Shown here: piece by piece, positions 1-9,520 of the stretch
How positions within the stretch are numbered: position 1 is the first letter of the stretch
Layout of the letters: the number at the start of each line of letters is the position of its first letter
NCBI GenBank assembly: GCA_964600365.1
Contig: CAZRJG010000006.1
Location: 1-61,729 of the forward strand
Direction: 5' to 3'
Source of the DNA: an uncultured Acidimicrobiia bacterium
GTDB taxonomy: Bacteria; Actinomycetota; Acidimicrobiia; Spongiisociales; JAENVV01
DNA length: 61,729 nucleotides
The notes under the pieces: model-generated
Seen by the model: the letters and a program-made list of their open reading frames with translations, nothing else
Database searches by the model: none
What the model was told of the DNA's origin: nothing
Made by a program: the position numbers and the translations under genes

Positions 1-1
1 A

Positions 2-235
2 CGTGGCTTCGGCGAGATGAATCGCCACGAGTACGAACGGATGCGCGGGCCCGGGGGTTCGCTCGTTCTGGGGAGCCCCGGGACCGTCGCCGCGAAGATC
101 CTCCGTTGGCGGGACGTGCTCGGGGTCAGCCGATTCATGCTCCACATGAGCGTCGGGACGATGCCCCACGACCAGGTCCTTGCGTGCATCGAACGGCTGG
201 GCCAAGAGGTCGCGCCCCTCGTACGCAGCGCGTAG
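2..235 (+). CDS. LLM-class (luciferase-like) flavin-dependent oxidoreductase, C-terminal part (5' truncated by window edge)
   Basis: GSLVLGSP..VAAKI...RFMLHMSVGTMPH..V...IE.LG.EVAP.VR tail typical of LLM monooxygenases; frame open to the window start. Confidence 0.8.
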   Translation, partial: RGFGEMNRHEYERMRGPGGSLVLGSPGTVAAKILRWRDVLGVSRFMLHMSVGTMPHDQVLACIERLGQEVAPLVRSA

Positions 236-402
236 TTGCGCACCACATCGCAAGTACGGGCGTGACGGCGTCACGATCGGCTGACCCCGAGGCGACCCCG
301 ATGGGGTCCGGGGACCATCAGGGTCATTCCTCATGGTGCGTTCGGGTGCGAAGAGGGACGATGTCGCCCGATAACGGACACCACTCGAGGGAAGGCACCA
401 CC

Positions 403-1170
403 ATGCACCGTTCGCTCCCCATCACAGATCGATCCCGACTCGGCACCGTCGCTGTCGCCCTCGCCGTCACGCTCATGCTCTCGGCCTGCACCGGCTGGTC
501 GTTCGACCTGAATGATGAGATCGTTGGCTCGGGCGACGTCGTGACCCAGGTGCGCAGCGCCGACGGATTCGATCGCATCGACTTCCGGGCCTTCGGCACC
601 GTGGAGATCTCCCAGGGCGACGATGAATCGCTCACCGTCCGGGGTGACGACAACCTCCTCTCCCGCATCCACACGTTCGTCGAGGACGACACGCTCGTCG
701 TCGAGATCGAGGACGGCATCGTCCCGATCCCGAGCGACGGCTTCCGCTACGAGATCAGGGTCGTCGACCTCGAGGGGCTCGAAGTGTCCGGTGCTGGCCG
801 GGTCACCCTCGACGGCTTCCGCGGCGACGCACTCGGCGTGGATTTCTCCGGGGCCGGCGACATCGACCTCGTGAACCTCGACCTCGACGTCCTCGACGTC
901 TCCTTCTCCGGGGCGGGAACGATGTACGCATCAGGCCGGGCCGACGCCCATGAGGCGAACCTCTCGGGAGCCGGCGACTACGACGCCGGTGCCCTCGCCA
1001 CCCGCACCACGAGCATCTCCTCGAGCGGGGCTGGCTCCGCCGAGGTCTGGGCCACCGTCGACCTCGAGATCGACGCCAGCGGCGTGGGTCGGGTGCGGTA
1101 CTGGGGCTCCCCGAACACCGAGATCACCTCCTCAGGCATCGGCGGAATCGACGAACTCGGCGACAAGTAG
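403..1170 (+). CDS. DUF2807 / GIN-domain putative adhesin-like lipoprotein
   Basis: Lipobox LSAC after hydrophobic stretch; repeated SGAG motifs; G.G.V.Y.GSP C-terminus; ATG 403 after GAGGGAAGG. Confidence 0.8.
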   Translation: MHRSLPITDRSRLGTVAVALAVTLMLSACTGWSFDLNDEIVGSGDVVTQVRSADGFDRIDFRAFGTVEISQGDDESLTVRGDDNLLSRIHTFVEDDTLVVEIEDGIVPIPSDGFRYEIRVVDLEGLEVSGAGRVTLDGFRGDALGVDFSGAGDIDLVNLDLDVLDVSFSGAGTMYASGRADAHEANLSGAGDYDAGALATRTTSISSSGAGSAEVWATVDLEIDASGVGRVRYWGSPNTEITSSGIGGIDELGDK

Positions 1171-1264
1171 CGGCCAAGAACAGGCCTGTTTCACCGACAC
1201 CCCTCCTCCTGTCGTTCCTACCCTCCTTCCCGACGAGGAACCTCTCGTCGGGAAGGAGGGTGCC

Positions 1265-2446
1265 ATGCTTGGCACCGCATCAGCGCCAGTTCGGCTGCTG
1301 TATCGATCAGCCCTGATCATCTTCCTGGTGACGATCGTCATCGGGATCCTGAACGGGATCGACGTCTGGGAGCCCTCGAGGGAACTCCTGCTCACCCACG
1401 TGCACGCAGGCACACTCGGCTGGATCACACTCGCGATCATCGGATTCGCGATCTCCATGTTCGAGGGTGATCGTCGTGATGACCCCGGGACGATGCGCCT
1501 CGCGCAGGCGGCGGTCGGGGCGACCGTGCTCTACATGGTCGCATTTGCCACCGGAACCGGGATCTTCCGGCCCATTGCCGGGACCCTCGAGCTCCTCGCA
1601 ATCGTGTGGGCCCTTGCGTGGGTGGTGGGCCGTTGGAGGTCGTCACCGCGGACCATCGCGGGGCTCTCGATGATGCTCGCCATGGTGTCGCTCACCATCG
1701 GAGCCGTCCTCGGCGTGCTCCTCGGCCTCTTCATCGCCAATGGCGAGCTCCCCGGGATGGACGCCGAGACGGCCGGATCGCTGGCCGGGGCCCATCCGCC
1801 CGCCATGCTCGTCGGCTACCTCATCCTTGCCGTGATGGCCGTCACCGAGTGGCAACTCGCGGATCGCCCACAGGCCTCCTCGGAGTCGAGGGCGGGGCTC
1901 GTGATGGCAGTTGGGCTCTTCCTCGCAGGGGTGGCCTTCAACCTCGCGTTCATCCTCGACATCGACGCCCTCATCCAGGTTGCGACGCTCCTCGAGGTCA
2001 TCGGCGTGGCGATCTTCGTCGTGCGGATGTGGGGGAACATCGCCCCCGCAGCCTGGAGGGACGCATCGAAGGCGTACCCACAGCTCGCAACCGTCTGGTT
2101 GGCTGCAGGCGTCGGACTTCTCGTGTACCTCGTCCAACTCTTCATCTCCGGGGCAGTGGATCCCGAGGCCGGCGAGGGGACCAACATCCTCATCGCCTTC
2201 GACCACACGATGTTCATGGGCGCCACGACCAACGCCTTGTTCGGCGCAGTGGGTGCGGGGGCGCTGGCCTCAGCGACGCGACGCGGCGTGATGTACGGCG
2301 TGAACCTCGGGCTCGTCGTGTTCGTGATCGGACTCCTCGCCGACTCGACGGCCCTGAAGATGATCGGCTCGCCGGTGATGGGCCTCGCCCTCCTGTGGGG
2401 CATCTACTCGATCCTCACCTCGAAGGACAACCACTCGACCGCGTGA
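1265..2446 (+). CDS. Polytopic (about 12 TM) membrane protein with intramembrane His motifs, possibly heme/metal binding
   Basis: GGAAGGAGG RBS; many TM segments; HVHAGTLGW, AHPPAMLVGY and FDHTMFMG motifs. Confidence 0.7.
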   Translation: MLGTASAPVRLLYRSALIIFLVTIVIGILNGIDVWEPSRELLLTHVHAGTLGWITLAIIGFAISMFEGDRRDDPGTMRLAQAAVGATVLYMVAFATGTGIFRPIAGTLELLAIVWALAWVVGRWRSSPRTIAGLSMMLAMVSLTIGAVLGVLLGLFIANGELPGMDAETAGSLAGAHPPAMLVGYLILAVMAVTEWQLADRPQASSESRAGLVMAVGLFLAGVAFNLAFILDIDALIQVATLLEVIGVAIFVVRMWGNIAPAAWRDASKAYPQLATVWLAAGVGLLVYLVQLFISGAVDPEAGEGTNILIAFDHTMFMGATTNALFGAVGAGALASATRRGVMYGVNLGLVVFVIGLLADSTALKMIGSPVMGLALLWGIYSILTSKDNHSTA

Positions 2447-2841
2447 GGAACGCAGTCATCTCTGCGATGGTGGCCCTGCTGGTGAGCGCATGCGCACCAG
2501 CAGGGCCCACCGACGACAACTACATCGCCGGGCGGACCACCTACCGGACCTGCGCCCAGTGCCATGGCACCTCCGGGGAGGGCGGGGTCGGACGCGCGCT
2601 CGACCATGTGAGGGAGACGTTCCCTGACTGCGACGACCACATCGAATGGATCTCGCTGGGCTCCCAGGGGTGGAAGGAGACCCACGGGGCCACCTATGGG
2701 GCGACAGGCGTTCCGATCGAAGGCGCGATGCCAGCGTTCGACCACCTCAACCGCCTCGAACTCGCTCGCGTCGCGGTGTACGAGCGGGTGAGATTCGGGG
2801 GTGGCGACCTCGACGATGAGCTCGCCGCCTGCGGGTTCTGA
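2443..2841 (+). CDS. Monoheme cytochrome c lipoprotein
   Basis: GTG start overlaps upstream TGA (GTGA); lipobox VSAC; CAQCH heme motif; distal GAMPAF Met ligand. Confidence 0.85.
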   Translation: MRNAVISAMVALLVSACAPAGPTDDNYIAGRTTYRTCAQCHGTSGEGGVGRALDHVRETFPDCDDHIEWISLGSQGWKETHGATYGATGVPIEGAMPAFDHLNRLELARVAVYERVRFGGGDLDDELAACGF

Positions 2842-2901
2842 CCACATCGAGCCGGCCGCTCCCTGAGCGCTCGACCCGGGGGTCCCTACACTCCCGGCAC
2901 C

Positions 2902-4815
2902 GTGGAGACCTTCACCGCCGCCATCGCGTTCGCCATCCTCTGCCTCGGCTCATGGATGATCGGGAAGGGCTTCAAGGCGCTCCGACTCCCCACGATCACC
3001 GGGTACCTGTTCGCCGGCGCCGTCGCAGGATCGTTCGGCGTGCAGATGCTCTCCTCGTCCGACGCCGAGCGGCTCCGCTTCGTCGACGAGATCTCACTGG
3101 CGGTCATCGCGTTCGTCGCGGGTTCGGAGTTGTACCTGAAGGAGATCAAACCCCGTCTGAAGCCGATTCTCTCGACCGCCGGCGGGATCCTCGTTGTCGC
3201 GTTCGTACTCCTGTCTGGCGCCCTCTACCTCCTGACCGAGGTCCTCTCGTTCACCTCTGAGTACTCGCCCGCAGCACGGCTCGCCACGGCGCTCCTCGGT
3301 GGCGCCGTCCTCCTCGCCCTCTCCCCACCGTCCACGATCGCGGTGATCAAGGAGGTCCGCGCCCGCGGGCCGTTCACCCGAACCGCACTCGGGGTGACGG
3401 TGCTCATGGACGTGGCGATCATCGTGTTGTTCGCCGTCATGACGTCGATCGCCGCTGCGCTCCTCACCGACGCAACCCTCAACCTCGGGTTCATCGGCCT
3501 CCTCCTCCTCGACCTCGGGTCGGCCGTTGGCATCGGCATCACGAGTGGCTTCATCCTCCAACGGCTGCTCGGACTGCGCGCACCCCACCTCGTCAAGATC
3601 GGGGCGATCCTCGCCCTCGGGTTCGGCATCTACGAGCTCGCCGACTTCGTGGGCGAGTGGAGCATCGGAGTACTCGGGTTCGAGGTGTACATCGAGCCGC
3701 TCCTCATCGCCCTCATCGCCGGGTTCTTCGTGACGAACTTCACGCGCTTCCGGATCGAGTTCGAGTCCCTGCTCCACGACGTCGGACCCACCGTGTACGT
3801 GGCCTTCTTCACCATCACGGGCTTGGCGCTCAAGCTCGACGTCCTCTGGGCAACGCTCCCGGTCGCCCTGGCGCTCTTCGCCGTGCGGGTCGTAGGGATC
3901 GGCGTCGGCTCGGTGGTCGGGACCTCGCTCGCCGGAGAGTCGCGGCAGGTGCGCACGACGTCATGGATGGCGTTCATCACGCAAGCGGGCATCGCCCTCG
4001 GCCTCGCCCGCGAGGTCGCAGTGCAGTTCCCCGACCTCGGAGATGCCTTCGCCACTCTGATCATCTCCGTCGTGGTCATCAACGAGGTCGTCGGCCCCCT
4101 CTTCCTGAGAGCGGGCCTCAAGCGGGTGGGCGAAGCCCATCTCCCCGAGTCGGAGGCCGAAGAGACCGGCAAGGCGGTGATCTTCGGCGTCGAGGGCCAG
4201 TCGATCGCACTCGCCCGGGCACTCATGCGTGACGGGTGGGAGGTGGTCGCCGTGGACACCGACGCAGCACAGATAGCGCGCATATCGGCCTCCGATGTCG
4301 AGGAAGTGCACGTCGCGAACCTCGATGATGCCACCCTGGACGGCATCATCGACGCTGAGACCGCAGCGGTGGTGGCGATGCTCGCCGACGATGGCGCGAA
4401 CCGCCGCGTCCTCCAGTTCGCCATCGAACGACGGGGCATCGATCGGCTCGTCGCCCGACCGGCCGAGGGTGCCCACGCTGCCGAACTCGCCGAGCTCGGG
4501 GCCTTCATCGTGGACCCGGGGCTCGCCATGGTCACACTCCTCGAGCAGGCCGTGCAGGCTCCACAGTCGACCGCCCTCTTCCTCCGACAGGACCCCGATC
4601 GCGAGGTCGTCCAGATCACGATCACGAACCCCGATGTCCACGGCCTCCCCGTCAGGGACCTCCGACTGCCGTTGGACGTCCTGGTGCTCGAGGTCCAGCG
4701 GGGCGAAACCACCGTGCTCGTCTCGGGGTCGACCGTGTTCCGCAACGGCGACCAGGTGACCCTGATCGCCGAGCGCGGTTCCCTCGAAGAGGTGCTCCTC
4801 CGCCTGAGCCGCTGA
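2902..4815 (+). CDS. Cation:proton antiporter with TrkA-N/TrkA-C (RCK) domains
   Basis: LP.ITGYL.AG, IAF.AGSEL and QAGIALGLA motifs; C-terminal Rossmann-like and RCK_C (GDQVTLI) domains. Confidence 0.85.
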   Translation: METFTAAIAFAILCLGSWMIGKGFKALRLPTITGYLFAGAVAGSFGVQMLSSSDAERLRFVDEISLAVIAFVAGSELYLKEIKPRLKPILSTAGGILVVAFVLLSGALYLLTEVLSFTSEYSPAARLATALLGGAVLLALSPPSTIAVIKEVRARGPFTRTALGVTVLMDVAIIVLFAVMTSIAAALLTDATLNLGFIGLLLLDLGSAVGIGITSGFILQRLLGLRAPHLVKIGAILALGFGIYELADFVGEWSIGVLGFEVYIEPLLIALIAGFFVTNFTRFRIEFESLLHDVGPTVYVAFFTITGLALKLDVLWATLPVALALFAVRVVGIGVGSVVGTSLAGESRQVRTTSWMAFITQAGIALGLAREVAVQFPDLGDAFATLIISVVVINEVVGPLFLRAGLKRVGEAHLPESEAEETGKAVIFGVEGQSIALARALMRDGWEVVAVDTDAAQIARISASDVEEVHVANLDDATLDGIIDAETAAVVAMLADDGANRRVLQFAIERRGIDRLVARPAEGAHAAELAELGAFIVDPGLAMVTLLEQAVQAPQSTALFLRQDPDREVVQITITNPDVHGLPVRDLRLPLDVLVLEVQRGETTVLVSGSTVFRNGDQVTLIAERGSLEEVLLRLSR

Positions 4816-4846
4816 GTGCCACCCGATCAGGTAGCGTCGCGACCCC

Positions 4847-5458
4847 GTGGATGCCACATTCGCCATCAGTGCCTTCGTCACGCTGTTCGTGATCATCGAT
4901 CCGATCGGCCTGGCGCCGCTCTTCATCGCCCTCACCCAGGGGGATGGCCCCGCGCGCCGGCGGACGATTGCCTTGCGCGCAGCGCTCACGGGGTTCGGAA
5001 TCCTGCTCGTCTTCGGACTCGTGGGGGAGGCACTCCTCGAGGCGATCGGGATCAGCGTGGCTGCGTTCCGGATCGCCGGTGGCCTCCTCCTCTTCGCCAC
5101 CGCATTCGAGATGCTCTTCGAGATCCGCACCAAGCGCCGCGAGGGGCAGGCCGAGGGGCGACCCGACCCATCGGTCTTCCCCCTCGCCACGCCACTCCTC
5201 GCCGGGCCGGGCTCCATCACCTCGGTCATCCTGCTCGCCGGAGCCGACGGGCTCACGAGCGCGGGCGTCGCCGGGGTCTTCGGGATCATGGCGGTGATCG
5301 TCGGGTTCGTGCTCGTGGCCTTCCTCTCGGCGAACGCCATCGAACGGGCGCTCACGAAGACGGGGATCCAGGTGTTCACCCGGGTCCTGGGCATGCTGCT
5401 CGCCGCACTCTCGGTGCAGTTCGTCATCGACGGCATCCGTTCGGCGTTCCCTGGATGA
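4847..5458 (+). CDS. MarC family integral membrane protein
   Basis: TLFVIIDPIG, FRIAGGLLLF and FPLATPLLAGPGSI signatures. Confidence 0.9.
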   Translation: MDATFAISAFVTLFVIIDPIGLAPLFIALTQGDGPARRRTIALRAALTGFGILLVFGLVGEALLEAIGISVAAFRIAGGLLLFATAFEMLFEIRTKRREGQAEGRPDPSVFPLATPLLAGPGSITSVILLAGADGLTSAGVAGVFGIMAVIVGFVLVAFLSANAIERALTKTGIQVFTRVLGMLLAALSVQFVIDGIRSAFPG

Positions 5459-6360
5459 GCGCCCGGTTCCTTTCCACGGCGGACGGGACCCACAATGGCC
5501 ACTTCGGTCCGACCGAGTGGGCCATGCTCTCGTTCAACGCCGTCGTGTGGGGTTCGTCGTTCCTGCTGATCGCCATCAGCATCGAGTCCCTCACACCGGG
5601 CATGGTGGGATGGGCCCGGCTCACCTTGAGCGCCTCCTGCCTGGCCCTCCTCCCTCGTGCGAGGAAGCGGATCGAGCGGGAGGATTGGAAACCGCTCGCG
5701 GTGGTCGCCCTCGCTGGGAACGCCGGCCCGGCGCTCTTCTTCGCGTTCGCGGAGCAGACCGTTCCCAGCTCGATCGCAGGAATGCTCACCTCTGCCGTCC
5801 CTATCGTGACCGCCGCCATCGCGTTCGCCCTCGGCATTCGTTCCATCACCAACCGGCACGTGGCCGGCCTCGTCGGGGGCTTCGTCGGCGTGGTCCTCAT
5901 CGGGATCCCCTCCCTCACCGGGGGGCGGCCAGCGACACTCGGCATCGTGCTCGTCCTACTGGGGGTCCTCGGCTACGCGATCACGAACAACGTGCTCGTG
6001 CCGCTCACACAGAAGTACGGCGGCCTCCCGGTGACGATGTGGGCCCAGGCCGTCGGGGCGACCGCCCTCATCCCGTTCGGCGCATGGGACCTCTCCGGCA
6101 ACGAGTGGGAGGGCCGCTCCCTCCTCGCCCTGGCGGCGCTCGGCCTTCTCTCCACGGGCATCGCGCGAGTGGTCCATGCCAACCTGGGCGCACGGGTGGG
6201 CGCTCCACGGGCAGCGATCATCGGGTACCTGCTGCCAACCGTGGCGCTCGTCGTCGGTGTCGGGTTCGGCGGCGAGTCCGTGACACCGCTCGAGGTGGGG
6301 GGCCTCGGCGTGGTCCTGGTGAGTGCGTTCCTCCTCAGCCGGGCGACCCGTCGGCCCTAG
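5455..6360 (+). CDS. DMT/EamA family transporter
   Basis: WGSSF motif, two EamA repeats, about 10 TM; ATGA overlap with marC-like gene. Confidence 0.88.
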   Translation: MSARFLSTADGTHNGHFGPTEWAMLSFNAVVWGSSFLLIAISIESLTPGMVGWARLTLSASCLALLPRARKRIEREDWKPLAVVALAGNAGPALFFAFAEQTVPSSIAGMLTSAVPIVTAAIAFALGIRSITNRHVAGLVGGFVGVVLIGIPSLTGGRPATLGIVLVLLGVLGYAITNNVLVPLTQKYGGLPVTMWAQAVGATALIPFGAWDLSGNEWEGRSLLALAALGLLSTGIARVVHANLGARVGAPRAAIIGYLLPTVALVVGVGFGGESVTPLEVGGLGVVLVSAFLLSRATRRP

Positions 6361-7004
6361 CGGCGCACCGCGATGGCAAGCCCGTCATGGGCCTTGTCGT
6401 CCATCGTTTGGAGGATCGTGGCGTCGATCCGGCCGTCCGAGGCAAGCCTCCGGTTGAACCGATCCATCGCAATGTCATCATCGCGCTCGGGGGCAACCAC
6501 ACGCCCTCGTCGAACCACGTTGTCACCGACGATGAGTCCACCCGACCGCGTGAGGCGGATCGCCTCTTCGAGGTAGGCCGGATAGCCCTCCTTGTCGGCA
6601 TCGATGAAGACGAGGTCGAACGGTCCCTCGAGTGCGGGCAGCGTCTCCCTGGCATCCCCCACGAGGACCTCGACCCGGTCATCGAGCCCGGCTCGCGCGA
6701 GGTTCGCCCGAGCCACCGACGCGTGCACGGGTGACGCCTCCAGCCCCACGAGGCTGCCACCGGCCGGAAGCGCACGGGCCAGCCAGATGGCCGAATAGCC
6801 CGCGAGCACACCGATCTCGAGGATGCGACGCGCCCCCACGGCCCTGGCGAGGATCTCCAGCGTTCGGCCGTACATGGGCGAGACCTGGATCTCGGGCATC
6901 CCTGCCTCAGCGGTTGCCTTGATCGTGTGGGCAAGCTCCGGGTCGTCGGGGACGAAGAGCGACTGGAGGTACGCATCGACGGAGCTGAACACGTCTCGAC
7001 TCAT
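6357..7004 (-). CDS. O-methyltransferase (caffeoyl-CoA/COMT-like, Methyltransf_3)
   Basis: RILEIG..GYSAIWLA, FDLVFIDADK and DNV motifs. Confidence 0.9.
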   Translation of the reverse strand: MSRDVFSSVDAYLQSLFVPDDPELAHTIKATAEAGMPEIQVSPMYGRTLEILARAVGARRILEIGVLAGYSAIWLARALPAGGSLVGLEASPVHASVARANLARAGLDDRVEVLVGDARETLPALEGPFDLVFIDADKEGYPAYLEEAIRLTRSGGLIVGDNVVRRGRVVAPERDDDIAMDRFNRRLASDGRIDATILQTMDDKAHDGLAIAVRR

Positions 7005-7054
7005 GCCCCGACCCTATCGGTTCCCCCCGGCGAATCCGGCGTAGCCTTCTCCCC

Positions 7055-7870
7055 ATGGGCACCCGGAAACAACGGGACGCCTTCATCTCGGCGGCGAACC
7101 AACTCGGCCTCTCGTTCATCCGGGGGAGGCCACCGTCCGGCCTCTTCGACAGCCTCACCATGGAGGGGACGGTCGGCGGCTACCGCGTGCGAGTGAGGAC
7201 GATGTCGGGGAGCAACAACAGCAACCGCACCTTCATCGACGTCGAGGCGCCGGGACTCCCCCAGGGGTTGACGGTGAAGCCCCGGACGATCACACGGAAC
7301 ATCGCATGGGCGAGGGGCGGCGTCGAGGTGGGCGACCCGGCATGGGACGACGCGATGTACGCGAACGGACGGGATCGGCGCCGCGTGCTCGCCTGGCTGA
7401 CCGTCGATCGACGACGGGCACTCCTGGCAGCATCGACCCGTGAGTGGGGTCCCACGGTCTTCCTCCAGCGCACCCATCCGCCGACGCTCGCGAAGCAGCG
7501 GGCACGGGTCACCATCCCGAAGTTCCCCGACGATGCGCAGGAGCTCATCCAACCCATTCGCGGGATGATCGCCCTGCTCGACGCGTTGGAACTCGCCGAG
7601 ACCTACCACGTGGCATGGACGTTCGACCAGTCGCCCACCGCCGTCCCCGCCATGCAACTACCGCCCGCAGCGACGCTGAGCGGCGAGATCGTCGACCCGT
7701 TCATCACGGATTCCGGGCCTTCGGGATGGTCGGCGTTCGGCTGGGCGATGGTGGCTGCGATCGCGCTCCTCTGGATCCTCGGCTACGACGGACCTGAGGA
7801 CCTCGCCTGGGTCTCGATCGCCTCGGCGGTCGCCGGCCTCGGCCTCGTGCTCGCGGTGACCCGCCGCTGA
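7055..7870 (+). CDS. Hypothetical protein with two C-terminal TM helices
   Basis: Fills the gap between flanking genes; coding-like GC3; GDPAWDD..Y motif; hydrophobic C-terminus. Confidence 0.55.
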   Translation: MGTRKQRDAFISAANQLGLSFIRGRPPSGLFDSLTMEGTVGGYRVRVRTMSGSNNSNRTFIDVEAPGLPQGLTVKPRTITRNIAWARGGVEVGDPAWDDAMYANGRDRRRVLAWLTVDRRRALLAASTREWGPTVFLQRTHPPTLAKQRARVTIPKFPDDAQELIQPIRGMIALLDALELAETYHVAWTFDQSPTAVPAMQLPPAATLSGEIVDPFITDSGPSGWSAFGWAMVAAIALLWILGYDGPEDLAWVSIASAVAGLGLVLAVTRR

Positions 7871-7872
7871 CG

Positions 7873-8343
7873 TCAGCGGGTGTCGATTCGCCCACTCAGG
7901 TGGACTTCCCCGGAGGCGATGTCCTGGACCCAGAAGGCGTACAGCCCCGATGGCAGGATGGTCTCGTAGTCGAGCGACTCACCCGCAGGGACCTCACGGA
8001 GCACGGTCCAGTTGCCGAGCCAGTCGAGCTCGCCCGACGGATCAGCTGACTCGATCTCCGAAAGCGAGACGTCCTCGTCGAGGACCTCGATGAAGCCCAC
8101 GAGCATCGGGGTCCCACCAGTGTTCTCGAGCGACACCGTGGACGCCCCGGCGTCCTCGTAGACGGGACCGCAGTAGGAGGCGGCCTCTCCGTCGAAGCCG
8201 ACGGTGGGGCGGGAACACCCGCCGAGGAACCACACCGAACCTGCGATGGCAAGCGCCAGGACCGTGAGGAGCGCGATCCAGGCCGAGGGGGACGGCCCGG
8301 CGTGCACGGGGACCCTCGGCAACTCGATTTCGGGGGAGAGCAT
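7873..8343 (-). CDS. Hypothetical membrane-anchored protein
   Basis: AAGGAGG RBS before ATG 8343; N-terminal TM followed by a beta-rich domain. Confidence 0.55.
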   Translation of the reverse strand: MLSPEIELPRVPVHAGPSPSAWIALLTVLALAIAGSVWFLGGCSRPTVGFDGEAASYCGPVYEDAGASTVSLENTGGTPMLVGFIEVLDEDVSLSEIESADPSGELDWLGNWTVLREVPAGESLDYETILPSGLYAFWVQDIASGEVHLSGRIDTR

Positions 8344-8435
8344 GGTGGCCTCCTTCGTCGGTTCCCGACCCACCGGGATCCGACCCCAGCGGGCCGATAC
8401 ACGCGAAGGCTACGCGCGGGGACGCTGCCGTGCCG

Positions 8436-9482
8436 TCAGTCGTCGTCCCCGGACTCCAGTTGCGCGACCTCCACGTGCTCGCCCTCGAGCTCGGGGCGAC
8501 CATCTGGCCCGGCGTAGGTCTCGAGGAGTGGCGCCGGGTTCTTGTTCACGAGGAGGCGGAACACGTCGGGCCGGTTGTAATGCCCTGCGAGGTCATGGCG
8601 CAGCTTGAGCTTCACCCCGATGTCGAAGTCCATGTCGGCATAGAGGATTCCCTCCTCGTCACCCGGCATGGGGCCCGCGATGACCCGCATGTCCGGGGCG
8701 ATGATCGCTGAACCACCGGCGATCTCCGGACGCTGGAGGAACTCGTCGTCCTCGGGACGGGTCGTGATCATCTCGCGGATCCGATCATCGACGATCGAGG
8801 CGGCACTGATCACGAACGCCTTCGACATCTGGGCGAAGGACTTCGCCATGGTGAGAGCGATCTCGCCCATGGGGACACTGATCTTGGGGAAGTGGTTGGG
8901 CCAGGCCATCACATGGACCCGGCTGTGCTCTGCAGTGAGGGCGAAGATCGCCAGGGGGTTCGAGTTCTCGCCACACATGAGCCCCGAAAGGTTCCCGAAC
9001 TCGGTGGGGACCGACCCGAACGCATCGGGCCCACCGGGCTGGTGGACGAGTCGCTCGCCCACCGTGGGAACCAGCTTCTGGTGCTTGCCGAGGATCGATC
9101 CGTCGGGGCCAAGGAAGAGCTGGGTGTTGTAGGCGGATCCGAACGAACCGGGGTTGCGCTCGCAGAGGCCCATCACCACGTACGCGTTGGCGTCCTTGGC
9201 CGCCGCCTGGAGTTGGGCGACCTCGGGGCCCGGGATCTCAACGGTGTTCTTCATCAGGGCCACGCTCAGCTCCGTTGCGAGCCGGTCGGTGCCCGAGTGG
9301 AAGTGGAACCAGATCGGATGGGCGGGGATGAACCCCTCTGGGAACCCGATGATCCGAGCCCCGTTGGCACCCGCCTCCCGGATGAGGGCACACGCCTTCT
9401 CCGTCGAGGCCTCGCGGTCGAGGAAGACCGGCGCTGCCTGCACGGCAGCTCCCCGCACCACGGTTGTCGGATCGCCCATCAC
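8436..9482 (-). CDS. Nitrilase (carbon-nitrogen hydrolase family)
   Basis: Catalytic triad motifs FPE, HQKLVPT..ER and CGEN; GHYNRPDVF tail. Confidence 0.9.
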   Translation of the reverse strand: MMGDPTTVVRGAAVQAAPVFLDREASTEKACALIREAGANGARIIGFPEGFIPAHPIWFHFHSGTDRLATELSVALMKNTVEIPGPEVAQLQAAAKDANAYVVMGLCERNPGSFGSAYNTQLFLGPDGSILGKHQKLVPTVGERLVHQPGGPDAFGSVPTEFGNLSGLMCGENSNPLAIFALTAEHSRVHVMAWPNHFPKISVPMGEIALTMAKSFAQMSKAFVISAASIVDDRIREMITTRPEDDEFLQRPEIAGGSAIIAPDMRVIAGPMPGDEEGILYADMDFDIGVKLKLRHDLAGHYNRPDVFRLLVNKNPAPLLETYAGPDGRPELEGEHVEVAQLESGDDD

Positions 9483-9520
9483 TCGCTCCTGGGGTTGGTG
9501 CGGGCGAGTGTACGCGGCGC

